Below are positions 21,919-31,338 of a stretch of 64,000 nucleotides of DNA, one piece after another (position 1 is the stretch's first letter; every line of letters begins with the position of its first letter). Below the pieces are notes generated by a model that was not told the DNA's origin, searched no databases, and saw only the letters and a program-made list of their open reading frames with translations. The translations under genes and the position numbers were made by a program. This DNA comes from an uncultured Gemmatimonadales bacterium (GTDB lineage Bacteria; Gemmatimonadota; Gemmatimonadetes; Gemmatimonadales; GWC2-71-9). The stretch spans positions 2,823,685-2,887,684 of the forward strand of contig CAVWRM010000001.1 of assembly GCA_963757525.1 (NCBI GenBank), in the 5' to 3' direction.

Positions 21919-22617
21919 TCAGGCTCCGGTGTCGACTGGCGTCGCCAGACAGCGACTGATTCGATCGAGCATGAATGTATATATGGCCTCTCCCTTCTGC
22001 GCCGAGGCGAGGCTGGGAAAACCGACCGAGCCGGGCGAGCCGAGCGGGAGCTGGCGGCTCTGGCCCGGACGGTACTTTCGACGCCACTGCTGCGTCAGGG
22101 CGAAGTCCTGCGAGAACTCCATGTGCACGAGGTCGGGAGCGAGGTACAACAGGAGCGACGTATCCAGCTCGCCGCCGTGCACCGGCGCCTCGGGATCTTC
22201 CACCAGGTCGGCGAAGTCGAGCGCGAACACATCGATCACCTGGATGGTCGCCTGATCCGTGCGGACCGTGCTCAACGCCTCGAGATGCGCCTCGCTGGCC
22301 TGCGCCGTGAGGATCACGAACTGTGTGACGCCTGCCCCCTCTTCCCATGATTCGATAAGTTCGTTCATCACCCGATGCAGCGTACGCCGCCGCAGCGCGG
22401 CGCCACCCGGATGCGCGGGCGACGGCGCGTGGACCCCATACTCCACCGCCGGGGTGCGCGCCACCGCGAACCGCGCCGACAGATCGTCGGCGAGACGTTC
22501 CACGATGATGGTATCGCAGCCGAACGGCAGGTGAGGTCCGTGCTGCTCGGTGGTTCCGACCGGAACGATCAGCGTCGGCCGGGCGAGAAGCCGCTCGCGG
22601 ATCGAGCCGGGAGTCAT
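21919..22617 (-). CDS. creatininase (creatinine amidohydrolase) family protein
   Basis: LIVPVGTTEQHGPHLPFGCD motif. I chose the start at ATG 22617. ATG 22653 is also in frame but would overlap the divergent kinase start. Confidence 0.75.
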   Translation of the reverse strand: MTPGSIRERLLARPTLIVPVGTTEQHGPHLPFGCDTIIVERLADDLSARFAVARTPAVEYGVHAPSPAHPGGAALRRRTLHRVMNELIESWEEGAGVTQFVILTAQASEAHLEALSTVRTDQATIQVIDVFALDFADLVEDPEAPVHGGELDTSLLLYLAPDLVHMEFSQDFALTQQWRRKYRPGQSRQLPLGSPGSVGFPSLASAQKGEAIYTFMLDRISRCLATPVDTGA

Positions 22618-22644
22618 CTCTTTGAGTCGCCAGGGGTGTCCTGA

Positions 22645-25600
22645 GTGAGTCATCGCGCACGCTGGTGGGTGGTGGTGGTACTGGTGGCCGCCGTCGCCGT
22701 GGGAGAGTGGTTGCGCGCTCCCTCCGGCCTCTGGGCCGTGGCCGGCGACGCGGCGATTGTCATCGTGCTCTTCGCGCTCGCGCCGTTCCATGGCTACCGG
22801 CGGGGCGGGCTGACGATCGCCCTGACCGCGCTGGGGCTGGCGCTCGCGGTGGCGCAATGGCAGCTGGCGTCCATCGAGCACCGCTGGCCGGAACAGCGGG
22901 CTCACCGGATCGACGCCGCCTATCGCCGGCTCGGCGGCGACCTGCACGCCGCGTTTCGACGGGCCGAGCGGCTGGCGGCGGCGGGGGCCGCGACGGCGGA
23001 CACCGATCGGGAGACGGCGTTCGAGGTGCTCTCGCGGCTGGTCCCCACCGATGGACCGGAGATGAGTGTCGTCGTGCTCGACTCCGCCGGACAGCCGTGG
23101 GCCTGGGCCGGCCGGCAGCGTCTCGACCCGCGCCTCGAGGGCGATTCGGTCGGCGCGCGGGCGACTGGATATTACGTCCAGCTCGAGGCGCGGCGCCACA
23201 CCGCGGGCGGCGGCGTCGCCATCGCGGGGGTGCTGATCTGGGCGCACCCTGCGGTTCCCGACCGGGAGCGAAGCCTCACGGAGCTGTTCCGCCACCGCAC
23301 CGAGGTCGACCTCGTCGTCTACCCGGCGGGCACCGCGCCCGATTCCGCCGACGTCTTCGACTACGAGGAGCCCACCACCGCGGGTCAGCGGCTGCTGTTC
23401 AGCGTGGAGCCGGTGCCCGCCGAGCAGGGCAGGGCGCGGGAGCTGGCCTACGACCGCGCCTCCCAGGCCATCACCTGGCTCGTCCTCGCGGTCATGGCCT
23501 TCGCCTTCACCCTCGTCAGCGGCCCCGTCGAGCGCCTCGCCATCCTCGGCTCGATCGTCTGGCTCGCGGTCCGTGCGCCCGTCGGCCCGGCGCTCGGCGT
23601 CCAACCACTCTTCTCACCCGCCACATTCTTCCGTCCCGTACTCGGCCCGCTCTCGAGCTCGGCGGGGGTGCTGGCCCTGGCTGCCACGCTCCTGATGACC
23701 GCCGGCGTGTGGCTGTGGCGTCGTCGCCTGCCTCGACGCTGGTACGGCGTCCTTCTCGGCTGTCTGCTTCTGCTCGTGTCTCCCTATGTCATCAGCAGTC
23801 TCGGCCGCGGCATCACGCCACCCGCCGATGGGGTCTCCGTGGGATTGTGGCTCACCTGGCAGCTGGCGCTGCTGGTGGCCGCGTCGGCCCTCATCGTGCC
23901 GACGGCGGCGCTCTTTCGCGGGGCGGGACCCGACGTGAGAACGTCCTGGCGCATCGTCGCCGGCGTCGGCATCGCCCTCGCCGCGGCGGTCATCGGTGTG
24001 CTCGTGTGGAGTCCACGCGGAGGGTGGCCCGACTGGTACACGTTCCTCTGGACGCCCGCGCTCCTCCTCGTCACGATGCCGGCGCCGCGCTGGTCCGCCA
24101 TCGGCGGGATCGCGCTGGTGGCCGGCAGCTCGGCCGCGCTCGTGACCTGGGGAGCCGAGCTCGCTGGAAAGGTGCAGGTGGCCCAGCGCGACGTGGCACG
24201 GCTGGGCAGCGAGGCCGATCCACTGGCGGTGCCGCTGCTCGAGCGGTTCGCCGGGCAGATCAGGGGTGGTCCCGCTCCCCGGACGGCGTCGGAGATGTAC
24301 GCGCTGTGGCACGAGTCGGCCATCGGCAGCCAGGGCTATCCCGCCCACCTGGCGCTCTGGACCTCGGGAGGCTCGCCGATCGACGAGCTGACGCTCGACT
24401 CGCTGGATCTGCCGCCGTCACTCCTCTCCACCATGGTGCGGAACTTCGCGCCGAGCGACACGGAGCAGATCACCCCGATCCTCCGGGTACCCGGGATTCA
24501 TTACGTCCTGCGAGTCCGGATCACGCCGGCGGAGGTGCTCACCGTGTCGGTGGGACCGCGCTCGGCGCTCGTCGTTCCCGGACGGGTGGGGCGTCTCCTC
24601 GATCCGTCCGGCGCGGAGCTGCCGCTCTACCGTCTCACACTGTCTCCCCCAGCCGATCCTTCCGCCCCGACGCCGAAGCCACGCTGGCGGCGCGAGGGTT
24701 GGGTGCTCCGCAACGAATATCCGCTCGACCTCCCCGGCGGACGCCGCACCGTTCATGCGCTGGTCGAGTTGCGAGGCCCCGTGCCGCTGTTCGTCCGGGG
24801 TATCCTGGTCGTTCTCCTCGATGCCGCCGTGCTGGCAACGCTCTGGTTCGCCGCTGAGCTCGTCTCGGGTGCACAACCGATCCGCCCCCGTTGGTGGACG
24901 CTCCGCCGATCGTTCCGCATGCGCATCGCCGGCGCGCTGGCCGGCTTTTTCCTGCTTCCCGCGATCGGCTTCACGGCGTGGAGCTTCGTCCGGCTGGCCG
25001 AAGAGGCCCAGCGAAGCCGTGACCTGCTCATCACGCAGACGCTTCGCGACGCGGTCCTCACCGCCGGCGGCCATTTCAGGGGGGACGACGCCGAAGTGGG
25101 TGAACAGCTGCGCGAGCTGAGCCGCCGCATCGACGCCGATCTCGCCCTCTATCAGGGTGGCCGCCTGGTCGGGGCCAGTACCACGGTGCTCGAGGACCTC
25201 GGTGTCACGCCGCAGTTGATGGATCCCGAGGCGTTCGAAGCGCTGACGATCGGCGGCGAGCTGGAGGTGACCCGGGACGGCTCGATTCCGCGTCTGGCCG
25301 AGCGGGTCGGGTATCGCGTGGTCCAGCCGGGCGCGCCGCCCGACATCGGCGTCCTGGCCACGCCCCAGCTGGCGAGTGACCCTTCGCTGGCGCTGCGGCA
25401 GCTCGACCTGGCGCTGGTGCTCCTGCTCGCCACCCTGGCGGGCATCGCCGCGGCCCTGGCTGCCGCCGAGCGGGCGGCCCGCGCGCTCTCGAGGCCGGTC
25501 GCCGATCTGCGCCGCTCGGCGCTGGCACTCGGACGGGGGCATCCGGTTCCGCTCCGGTCGGGCACGCCTCCGCTCGAGTTCGAGCCGGTCTTCGGCGCGT

Positions 25601-26628
25601 TCGAGCGCATGGCGGCCGACATCGCGACCAGCCGCGACGCGCTCGAGGCCGCGCGCCGGCGAACCGCGGCCGTGTTGGGCACCGTGGCCACCGGTGTCGT
25701 GGGCATCGACCCGCAGGGCATGGTCCTGATCGCCAACAGGCAGGCCGTGGAACTGCTCGGGTCGAGCCTGGACGAGGGAGACCGCTTCGACGAGCGGCTC
25801 GGCGCGGAGTGGGCCCCGCTCACGCGCGCCGTCGGCGACTTTCTCCGCGACCCCGCCTCGGATGCCACCGCGGAGCTCGAGGTGAATGGCCGGCGGCTCT
25901 CCCTGCAGCTGGCCTCACTCGGTCCCGATGTCCGCGGTGTCGTCATCGCGCTCACTGACGTGACCGACGTCTCCCGCGCCGAGCGCGTGCTCGCCTGGGG
26001 TGAGATGGCGCGGCAGGTCGCGCACGAGATCAAGAACCCCTTGACACCCATGCGGCTCGGGCTTCAGCACCTCCGGCGGGTGTACCGAGACCGGCGCGAC
26101 GAGTTCGATCGGACCCTGGAGGACACGGCCGTGCGCATGCTCGCCGAGATCGACCGCCTGGACACGATCGCGCGGGCGTTCAGCCGGTTCGCGGCCCCGG
26201 CGGCCGACGACCAGCCGCTCGACCGGATCAATCTCGCCGTGACGGTCGGCGAGGTGGTGCAGTTGTATCGGCTGGCGGAAGAAGGGTGCGAGGTCAGGCT
26301 GTCGGCGCCACCAGAGGCCTATGGCGCCGGCCGGGCCGACGAGGTCAAGGAAGTCGTGGTCAACCTGCTCGAGAATGCGCGCAACGCCGGCGCGCGGGTC
26401 GTGGATGTCTCGGTGGCTCCGGGGCGCATCACCGTGGCCGATGACGGGGCGGGAATTCCTCCCGAGCTGCTGCCCCGGATCTTCGAGCCGCGGTTCTCGA
26501 CGACCACGAGCGGCTCAGGGCTCGGGCTGGCGATCGTGCGGCGCCTGGTGGAGGGGTGGGGAGGGACGATCGGGGTGTGGAGCGATGTGGGCCGGGGGAC
26601 GCGGATCGACGTGCATCTCCCCGGCTAG
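22645..26628 (+). CDS. large polytopic sensor histidine kinase, NtrY-like core (HAMP-PAS-HisKA-HATPase)
   Basis: 1327 aa with at least 13 predicted TM helices in the first ~900 aa. H-box VAHEIKNPLTPM. N/G boxes NLLENARNA and GSGLGLAIV. Confidence 0.85.
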   Translation: MSHRARWWVVVVLVAAVAVGEWLRAPSGLWAVAGDAAIVIVLFALAPFHGYRRGGLTIALTALGLALAVAQWQLASIEHRWPEQRAHRIDAAYRRLGGDLHAAFRRAERLAAAGAATADTDRETAFEVLSRLVPTDGPEMSVVVLDSAGQPWAWAGRQRLDPRLEGDSVGARATGYYVQLEARRHTAGGGVAIAGVLIWAHPAVPDRERSLTELFRHRTEVDLVVYPAGTAPDSADVFDYEEPTTAGQRLLFSVEPVPAEQGRARELAYDRASQAITWLVLAVMAFAFTLVSGPVERLAILGSIVWLAVRAPVGPALGVQPLFSPATFFRPVLGPLSSSAGVLALAATLLMTAGVWLWRRRLPRRWYGVLLGCLLLLVSPYVISSLGRGITPPADGVSVGLWLTWQLALLVAASALIVPTAALFRGAGPDVRTSWRIVAGVGIALAAAVIGVLVWSPRGGWPDWYTFLWTPALLLVTMPAPRWSAIGGIALVAGSSAALVTWGAELAGKVQVAQRDVARLGSEADPLAVPLLERFAGQIRGGPAPRTASEMYALWHESAIGSQGYPAHLALWTSGGSPIDELTLDSLDLPPSLLSTMVRNFAPSDTEQITPILRVPGIHYVLRVRITPAEVLTVSVGPRSALVVPGRVGRLLDPSGAELPLYRLTLSPPADPSAPTPKPRWRREGWVLRNEYPLDLPGGRRTVHALVELRGPVPLFVRGILVVLLDAAVLATLWFAAELVSGAQPIRPRWWTLRRSFRMRIAGALAGFFLLPAIGFTAWSFVRLAEEAQRSRDLLITQTLRDAVLTAGGHFRGDDAEVGEQLRELSRRIDADLALYQGGRLVGASTTVLEDLGVTPQLMDPEAFEALTIGGELEVTRDGSIPRLAERVGYRVVQPGAPPDIGVLATPQLASDPSLALRQLDLALVLLLATLAGIAAALAAAERAARALSRPVADLRRSALALGRGHPVPLRSGTPPLEFEPVFGAFERMAADIATSRDALEAARRRTAAVLGTVATGVVGIDPQGMVLIANRQAVELLGSSLDEGDRFDERLGAEWAPLTRAVGDFLRDPASDATAELEVNGRRLSLQLASLGPDVRGVVIALTDVTDVSRAERVLAWGEMARQVAHEIKNPLTPMRLGLQHLRRVYRDRRDEFDRTLEDTAVRMLAEIDRLDTIARAFSRFAAPAADDQPLDRINLAVTVGEVVQLYRLAEEGCEVRLSAPPEAYGAGRADEVKEVVVNLLENARNAGARVVDVSVAPGRITVADDGAGIPPELLPRIFEPRFSTTTSGSGLGLAIVRRLVEGWGGTIGVWSDVGRGTRIDVHLPG

Positions 26629-26631
26629 GCA

Positions 26632-28185
26632 TCACCGGGTGGCGGCGGCGATCACCTCGTTCTGGGAGCGGGCAGTGCGAAGGACACGAAACGCGCTCTG
26701 AAGCTGGCGGTCGCTCTTCGCCTGGCGGCGCAGGACCGATTCGCTCCCGAACATCTCCCGCGCGATCTCGCAGCCAAGCTGCTCCTCCACGTAATCCTCG
26801 GCGCTGTCATAGGCCGCCCGGTCGAGGGTGACGTTCGCTTCCAGGACCCGCTGATAGAGCCCATCGCGCATCTCGGGTGTGATAGTGAAGGAATCGTTCG
26901 CCACCGTGCCCGACGCGCGGAGCTCGGCGGCGTACGCCAGCAGGGTCGAGCGGAACCGGTCCATGTCGTCGCCCAGCGCGGCAATCAGCACTTTCTCGCC
27001 TTCGGAGCGCGGCAGCGCCCGCACCAGCATGTCGGGCATGATGCCGCTGGCGTCCGCGATCGCGCGGCCGTCGTCGCTCTTGAACGCCCTCGGGCGGTTG
27101 GGCGGGGTCAGGAAGCTCTCGGCCGCGAGCGTGTCCAGCGGGGGACGCTGCACCGTCCGCCCGCTCGGCGTGAACCAGCGCGCGGTGGTCAGTTTGATGG
27201 CCACGTCCTGGGCCAGCGGATAGGTGGTCTGGAGGACGCCCTTCCCGTAGCTCGCGGTGCCGATGAGCAGCGCCCGGTCGTGGTCCTGCAGCGCGCCGGC
27301 GATCAGCTCGGCGGAGCTGGCCGTGCCCCGGTTGATCAGCAGCGCCAGCCGCAGATTGTCCCACCCGCCGGATTGGCCGGCGACATAGACCTTCGAATGC
27401 TCGGGCGACCGGCCCACCGAGGTGGCCACGGTGTCGCCCGGCTGGAGGAACAGGCTCGCCACCGCCACCCCTTCGCGGATGAGGCCGCCCGGGTTGGAGC
27501 GGAGATCCAGCACGAGCGACGTCATGCCTTCGCCCACCATCCGGTCGACCACGGTGCGCAGCTCGTCGGCCGCGCCTTCGCTCATCCGGCGGAGGATGAC
27601 GTACCCGACGTGGTCGTCGAGCATGAGACCGCGGCTCGCGGCGGGCACATGCACGGCGGTCCGGGTGAGGTGGCGCACGATCTCGCGGTTGGAGCCGCGC
27701 CGCCGGACTACCACGGTGACGACCCGGTTGGCGCCGCGACGGAGCGCTTCGGCCAGCCGATCCGGTGACCAGCCGCGGGTGCTGGTGCCGTCGATGCTCA
27801 GGACCTCGTCATCCGGCGTCAGCCCGCCGCCCAGACCTTCCATCCCGGATTCGGTCGGCCCCTTCGCGGGGCCGACGTCGACCTCGATCCCGCTCATCTG
27901 CCGCTGGTATTCGCGGTACCCCTCGTCGAGCAGGAGCTCGGCGTACGGATCGTGGAGCGACGTGACCAGGGCACCGGCCGCGCGCTGGTACAGCTCGCCT
28001 TCGCCCAGGGAGTCGATGAAGTGGCTGTGGATTGCCGAGAGGACGTTCTCGAACAGGCGGGCCTGCTGGTAGATCCCGCCCTCGGTGGACGGGGCGGGCC
28101 GCATCAGCCAGCCGCCGCTCACGAAAGAGACACCCAGAACCATGATGAGCGCGACCCAGCGCGCCCGAGGAAAGCGTTCCATCAT
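26632..28185 (-). CDS. S41 family C-terminal processing peptidase (paralog 1)
   Basis: 517 aa. N-terminal anchor, PDZ region, the catalytic-serine region LINRGTASSAELIAGAL and GKG motif. Confidence 0.9.
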   Translation of the reverse strand: MMERFPRARWVALIMVLGVSFVSGGWLMRPAPSTEGGIYQQARLFENVLSAIHSHFIDSLGEGELYQRAAGALVTSLHDPYAELLLDEGYREYQRQMSGIEVDVGPAKGPTESGMEGLGGGLTPDDEVLSIDGTSTRGWSPDRLAEALRRGANRVVTVVVRRRGSNREIVRHLTRTAVHVPAASRGLMLDDHVGYVILRRMSEGAADELRTVVDRMVGEGMTSLVLDLRSNPGGLIREGVAVASLFLQPGDTVATSVGRSPEHSKVYVAGQSGGWDNLRLALLINRGTASSAELIAGALQDHDRALLIGTASYGKGVLQTTYPLAQDVAIKLTTARWFTPSGRTVQRPPLDTLAAESFLTPPNRPRAFKSDDGRAIADASGIMPDMLVRALPRSEGEKVLIAALGDDMDRFRSTLLAYAAELRASGTVANDSFTITPEMRDGLYQRVLEANVTLDRAAYDSAEDYVEEQLGCEIAREMFGSESVLRRQAKSDRQLQSAFRVLRTARSQNEVIAAATR

Positions 28186-28298
28186 TTCGATTTAGCTCCC
28201 GCACATTGCGAGAAGGTCTGCCGGATGCAACCACACCTGCCTGGAGAAAGACTTCGCGGGCGGTCCTCTCGTCCCCATTTGCAGCAAAACAGAGGCCG

Positions 28299-30077
28299 TC
28301 AGTTACCTCCCCGTTCCGAGGGTCGGAGCAGCCAGGTGGCCAATGCGGAGGACAGTGCGCTCCGGCTGACGGGCTTGCTCACGTAGTCGTCCATTCCCGC
28401 CGCCAGGCACCGCTCCCGGTCCCCTTCCATCGCGTTCGCCGTCATGGCGATGATCGGGATGCGGGACGCCCCGGCTTCGCGCCGCCGGATTTCCCTGGTT
28501 GCCTCGTATCCGTCCATCTGGGGCATCATGCAGTCCATGAGGATCAGGTCGAACGGGCCGCTCCCGAGGAGCCGCAGCACGGCCTCCCCGCTCTCGGCGA
28601 CCTCGACCTGGAACCCCATGAGCGCCAGCATGCGCTTGGCGACCAGCTGATTGACCGGGTTGTCCTCGGCCAGAATGATCCGCGACCGCACCGCGATGTG
28701 GATGGGCACGGCGGGGGTCGGGGTGTCCTTCGCGGGGGACACCTGCTTGTCTTCGGCGGGGGCGGCCGGCAGCGGGAGCAGCACCGTGAACGTGCTCCCC
28801 CGGCCCACCTCGCTCTGGACGTCGATGCTCCCACCCATGAGCGAGACCAGTTGACGGCAGATGGCGAGCCCGAGGCCGGTACCCCCGTGCTTCCTGGTCG
28901 TCGACGAGTCTGCCTGGGTGAACTGCTGAAAGATAAGCGCTCGTTTCTCCTCCGGAATGCCGAGGCCGGTGTCGGTGACGGAGAGCCGGATCCCGCCGTC
29001 GTCGTTCGGGCCCTGCGCCACCGTGAGAACGACTTCGCCCTGCTCGGTGAACCTGATAGCGTTGTCCGTCAGATTGATCAGGATCTGCCGGAGGCGAAGG
29101 GGATCGCCGACGAAGCGCGTCTGGCCCAGCCCGTATTCCGACCGGAGGCCGATCTTGCGAGGCGCGGCCCGGACCTGGAGCAGCCGGACGACGTCGGTGA
29201 GCAGGGTGGAAAGGTCGAACGGCACCTGCTCGACGACCAGCTTGCCCGCCTCGATCTTGGAGAAATCGAGGATGTCGTTGATGATGGTCAGGAGGTCGCG
29301 CCCGGACCGGTCGACCGTTTCCGCGTAGCTCCGTTGTTCCGCCGTGAGCTCCGTCGCCAGGAGCAGCTCGGCCATGCCGAGCACACCGTTCATCGGCGTC
29401 CGGATCTCGTGACTCATGTTGGCCAGGAACTCGCTCTTGGCGCGGCTCGCGGCCAGCGCCGTCTCCTTCGCGGCCTCGAGCTCCCGGGTCCGCTCCCCGA
29501 TCGTCGCCTCGAGGTTGCGGTTGTAGATCTCCAGCTCCTGCCAGAGGCGGGCGCTCTCCATCATGTTGGCGCAATGCATCAACAGAATCGAGATGAGCTT
29601 CTGCGACGCGTCGGGCAGGTAGGCGTTCCGCTCCTTGAGCTGCCCCACGAACATCCCGACCACACGGGAGCGGGTAGCGAGGACGTGCATGACGACCGTC
29701 CCGGTGCCATGCCGAGCCGGCACGACCACCGGATGATTCCGGCGAAGGGCCCACCCGAACACGCCTTCGGTCACGGCGGATTCGATTTCCTGTTGAAGGA
29801 TGTCCCACGCCTCCGGCGGGTCGCAGTGCAGCAGGGGAAAATCCAGCCGGCTTCGGTCCGCCTCGAGGAAAGCCAGACTCTCGAACGCCGCCACCCGGCG
29901 GAGCGCAGGCTTGGTGCGGCCCAACACGTCCGCCGCCGGATCGTCGCTCGATGCGGCCTCGTGGGCGCCCAGCGACACCACGATGTCGAGGCAGTCGAGG
30001 AGCCACCGGTTCATTTCAGTGACGGCGTCGCTCGAGCCGGGCTGCCGCAGGGCGGCGCTCCGAGGCGCGGCCGTCAT
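28299..30077 (-). CDS. hybrid sensor histidine kinase/response regulator with GAF-like N-domain
   Basis: Start ATG 30077, 2 nt after the HDOD stop. H-box SHEIRTPMNGVLGMAELL, an HATPase domain and a C-terminal REC (DLILMDCMMPQMDGYEAT). Confidence 0.85.
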   Translation of the reverse strand: MTAAPRSAALRQPGSSDAVTEMNRWLLDCLDIVVSLGAHEAASSDDPAADVLGRTKPALRRVAAFESLAFLEADRSRLDFPLLHCDPPEAWDILQQEIESAVTEGVFGWALRRNHPVVVPARHGTGTVVMHVLATRSRVVGMFVGQLKERNAYLPDASQKLISILLMHCANMMESARLWQELEIYNRNLEATIGERTRELEAAKETALAASRAKSEFLANMSHEIRTPMNGVLGMAELLLATELTAEQRSYAETVDRSGRDLLTIINDILDFSKIEAGKLVVEQVPFDLSTLLTDVVRLLQVRAAPRKIGLRSEYGLGQTRFVGDPLRLRQILINLTDNAIRFTEQGEVVLTVAQGPNDDGGIRLSVTDTGLGIPEEKRALIFQQFTQADSSTTRKHGGTGLGLAICRQLVSLMGGSIDVQSEVGRGSTFTVLLPLPAAPAEDKQVSPAKDTPTPAVPIHIAVRSRIILAEDNPVNQLVAKRMLALMGFQVEVAESGEAVLRLLGSGPFDLILMDCMMPQMDGYEATREIRRREAGASRIPIIAMTANAMEGDRERCLAAGMDDYVSKPVSRSALSSALATWLLRPSERGGN

Positions 30078-30079
30078 CG

Positions 30080-30931
30080 TCAGTTGCCCGTCCCGAGAAC
30101 CGCGGCCACCGCGTCGGCGAACTGGACCTCGAGTTGGCGGAGCACCGAAGGGATCACGGTCGGGGACATCCCCAGCCCGTCCCACCCTTCCCCCAGGAGC
30201 GGTGGGACGAAGCGCTCGCCACTGCTGCCGAACTGGAAGGCGTTGGCCAGGTGGTCGGCCACGTGCACCACCGCCGCCTCGACCGGGAATCGCGCGGCGA
30301 ACCTCGGCTGGTGGTGCCACGCGACTGCTTCCTGAAGCAGGGTCGGCAGCTTCCACCGGTCGAGCAGCGCCGATCCCACCTGACCGTGCGTGAATCCGAA
30401 GACGTGGGGCTCGACCTTGTGCAGCAGCTCCCCGGTGTCCCGGCAGCGTTGCAGCGCCGTCCGTGATTCGGCCGGAAGCTTCTGGTACATGATCGGCCGC
30501 CCGATGTCATGCAGCAGGCCGGCCACGAAGAATCGCTCGACGTTCGGCTCCCGGCGGTGCACGGCCAGGATGCGGGCAGCCACCGCGCAGGCGACGCTGT
30601 GCTGCCAGAACGAGGTCATGTCCACCATGTCCTGCGGGACCGACGCGAAGAGACGGATGAACGAGGCCCCGACCGCGAGATCGTGGAGCTGGTTCATCCC
30701 GACGATGCTGGTAGCCTGGCTGACGGTCGAGATACGGCTGGGGAAACCGTAGATGGGGCTGTTGACCAGCCGCAGGAGCCGCCCGGTCAGGTCGGGGTCT
30801 TCCGAGATCACCTTCCCGATGTCGCTCGAGGAGCTCAACGGGTGGTTCATGACCTGGGCCAGCCGCTCGTACACGGGCTGGACCGTGCCGACCTGCACGA
30901 CGCCGCTGATCAGATCGTCGAGACTAGGCAT
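30080..30931 (-). CDS. HDOD domain-containing signalling protein
   Basis: 283 aa. Contains VISEDPDLTGRLLRLVNSPIYGF and AGLLHDIG, both typical of HDOD. Confidence 0.85.
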   Translation of the reverse strand: MPSLDDLISGVVQVGTVQPVYERLAQVMNHPLSSSSDIGKVISEDPDLTGRLLRLVNSPIYGFPSRISTVSQATSIVGMNQLHDLAVGASFIRLFASVPQDMVDMTSFWQHSVACAVAARILAVHRREPNVERFFVAGLLHDIGRPIMYQKLPAESRTALQRCRDTGELLHKVEPHVFGFTHGQVGSALLDRWKLPTLLQEAVAWHHQPRFAARFPVEAAVVHVADHLANAFQFGSSGERFVPPLLGEGWDGLGMSPTVIPSVLRQLEVQFADAVAAVLGTGN

Positions 30932-31274
30932 GGCCGGCCGAGCGCGCCGCGGCGAGGCGGCGGACTTCCCGCCTGACGCAATGGTGAAGCACCTGGGAGA
31001 CGACCGGATGGCTCGTGTCGGTATGCCGGAAGAGCGAGGCGATGCGAGCCTCGGCCTCGGCCACCAGGACGGGATCGGCCGCTTCGGCGTGGTCCGGGTC
31101 CGGCCGGGCCGGCTCGCCCTCGATGTCGGCTTCCTGAATCCCCCACATCTGGAAGTACCTGAGGTGGCGGTCGGTCAGCACGGTACTGGCGGGCAGGAGC
31201 AGCCGGCCTCCAGGTTCCTGGAGGTCTGACGCGAGCGTCATCCCGGCCGTGATCTCGTCGAGGCTGACACGCAT
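30924..31274 (-). CDS. small hypothetical protein resembling the N-terminal (DUF3391-like) module of HD-GYP proteins
   Basis: 116 aa from ATG 31274. Contains MRVSLDEITAGMTLASDLQEPGGRLLLPASTVLTDRHLRYF. 8-nt overlap with the HDOD start. Confidence 0.5.
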   Translation of the reverse strand: MRVSLDEITAGMTLASDLQEPGGRLLLPASTVLTDRHLRYFQMWGIQEADIEGEPARPDPDHAEAADPVLVAEAEARIASLFRHTDTSHPVVSQVLHHCVRREVRRLAAARSAGHA

Positions 31275-31338
31275 GAGGGTACAGTATCGGCTGTTACGGG
31301 AACGAACCTGAGGTGCGGCCCACGGACCGGTTTGGTGC

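Noticed and set aside
22618-22653. Creatininase-family start at ATG 22653, a head-to-head 9-nt overlap with the kinase GTG 22645
   Set aside because: Overlap of the 5' ends of divergent genes is rare. The downstream in-frame ATG 22617 still precedes the conserved core. I kept 22617 as the call, but this is unresolved without N-terminal data.
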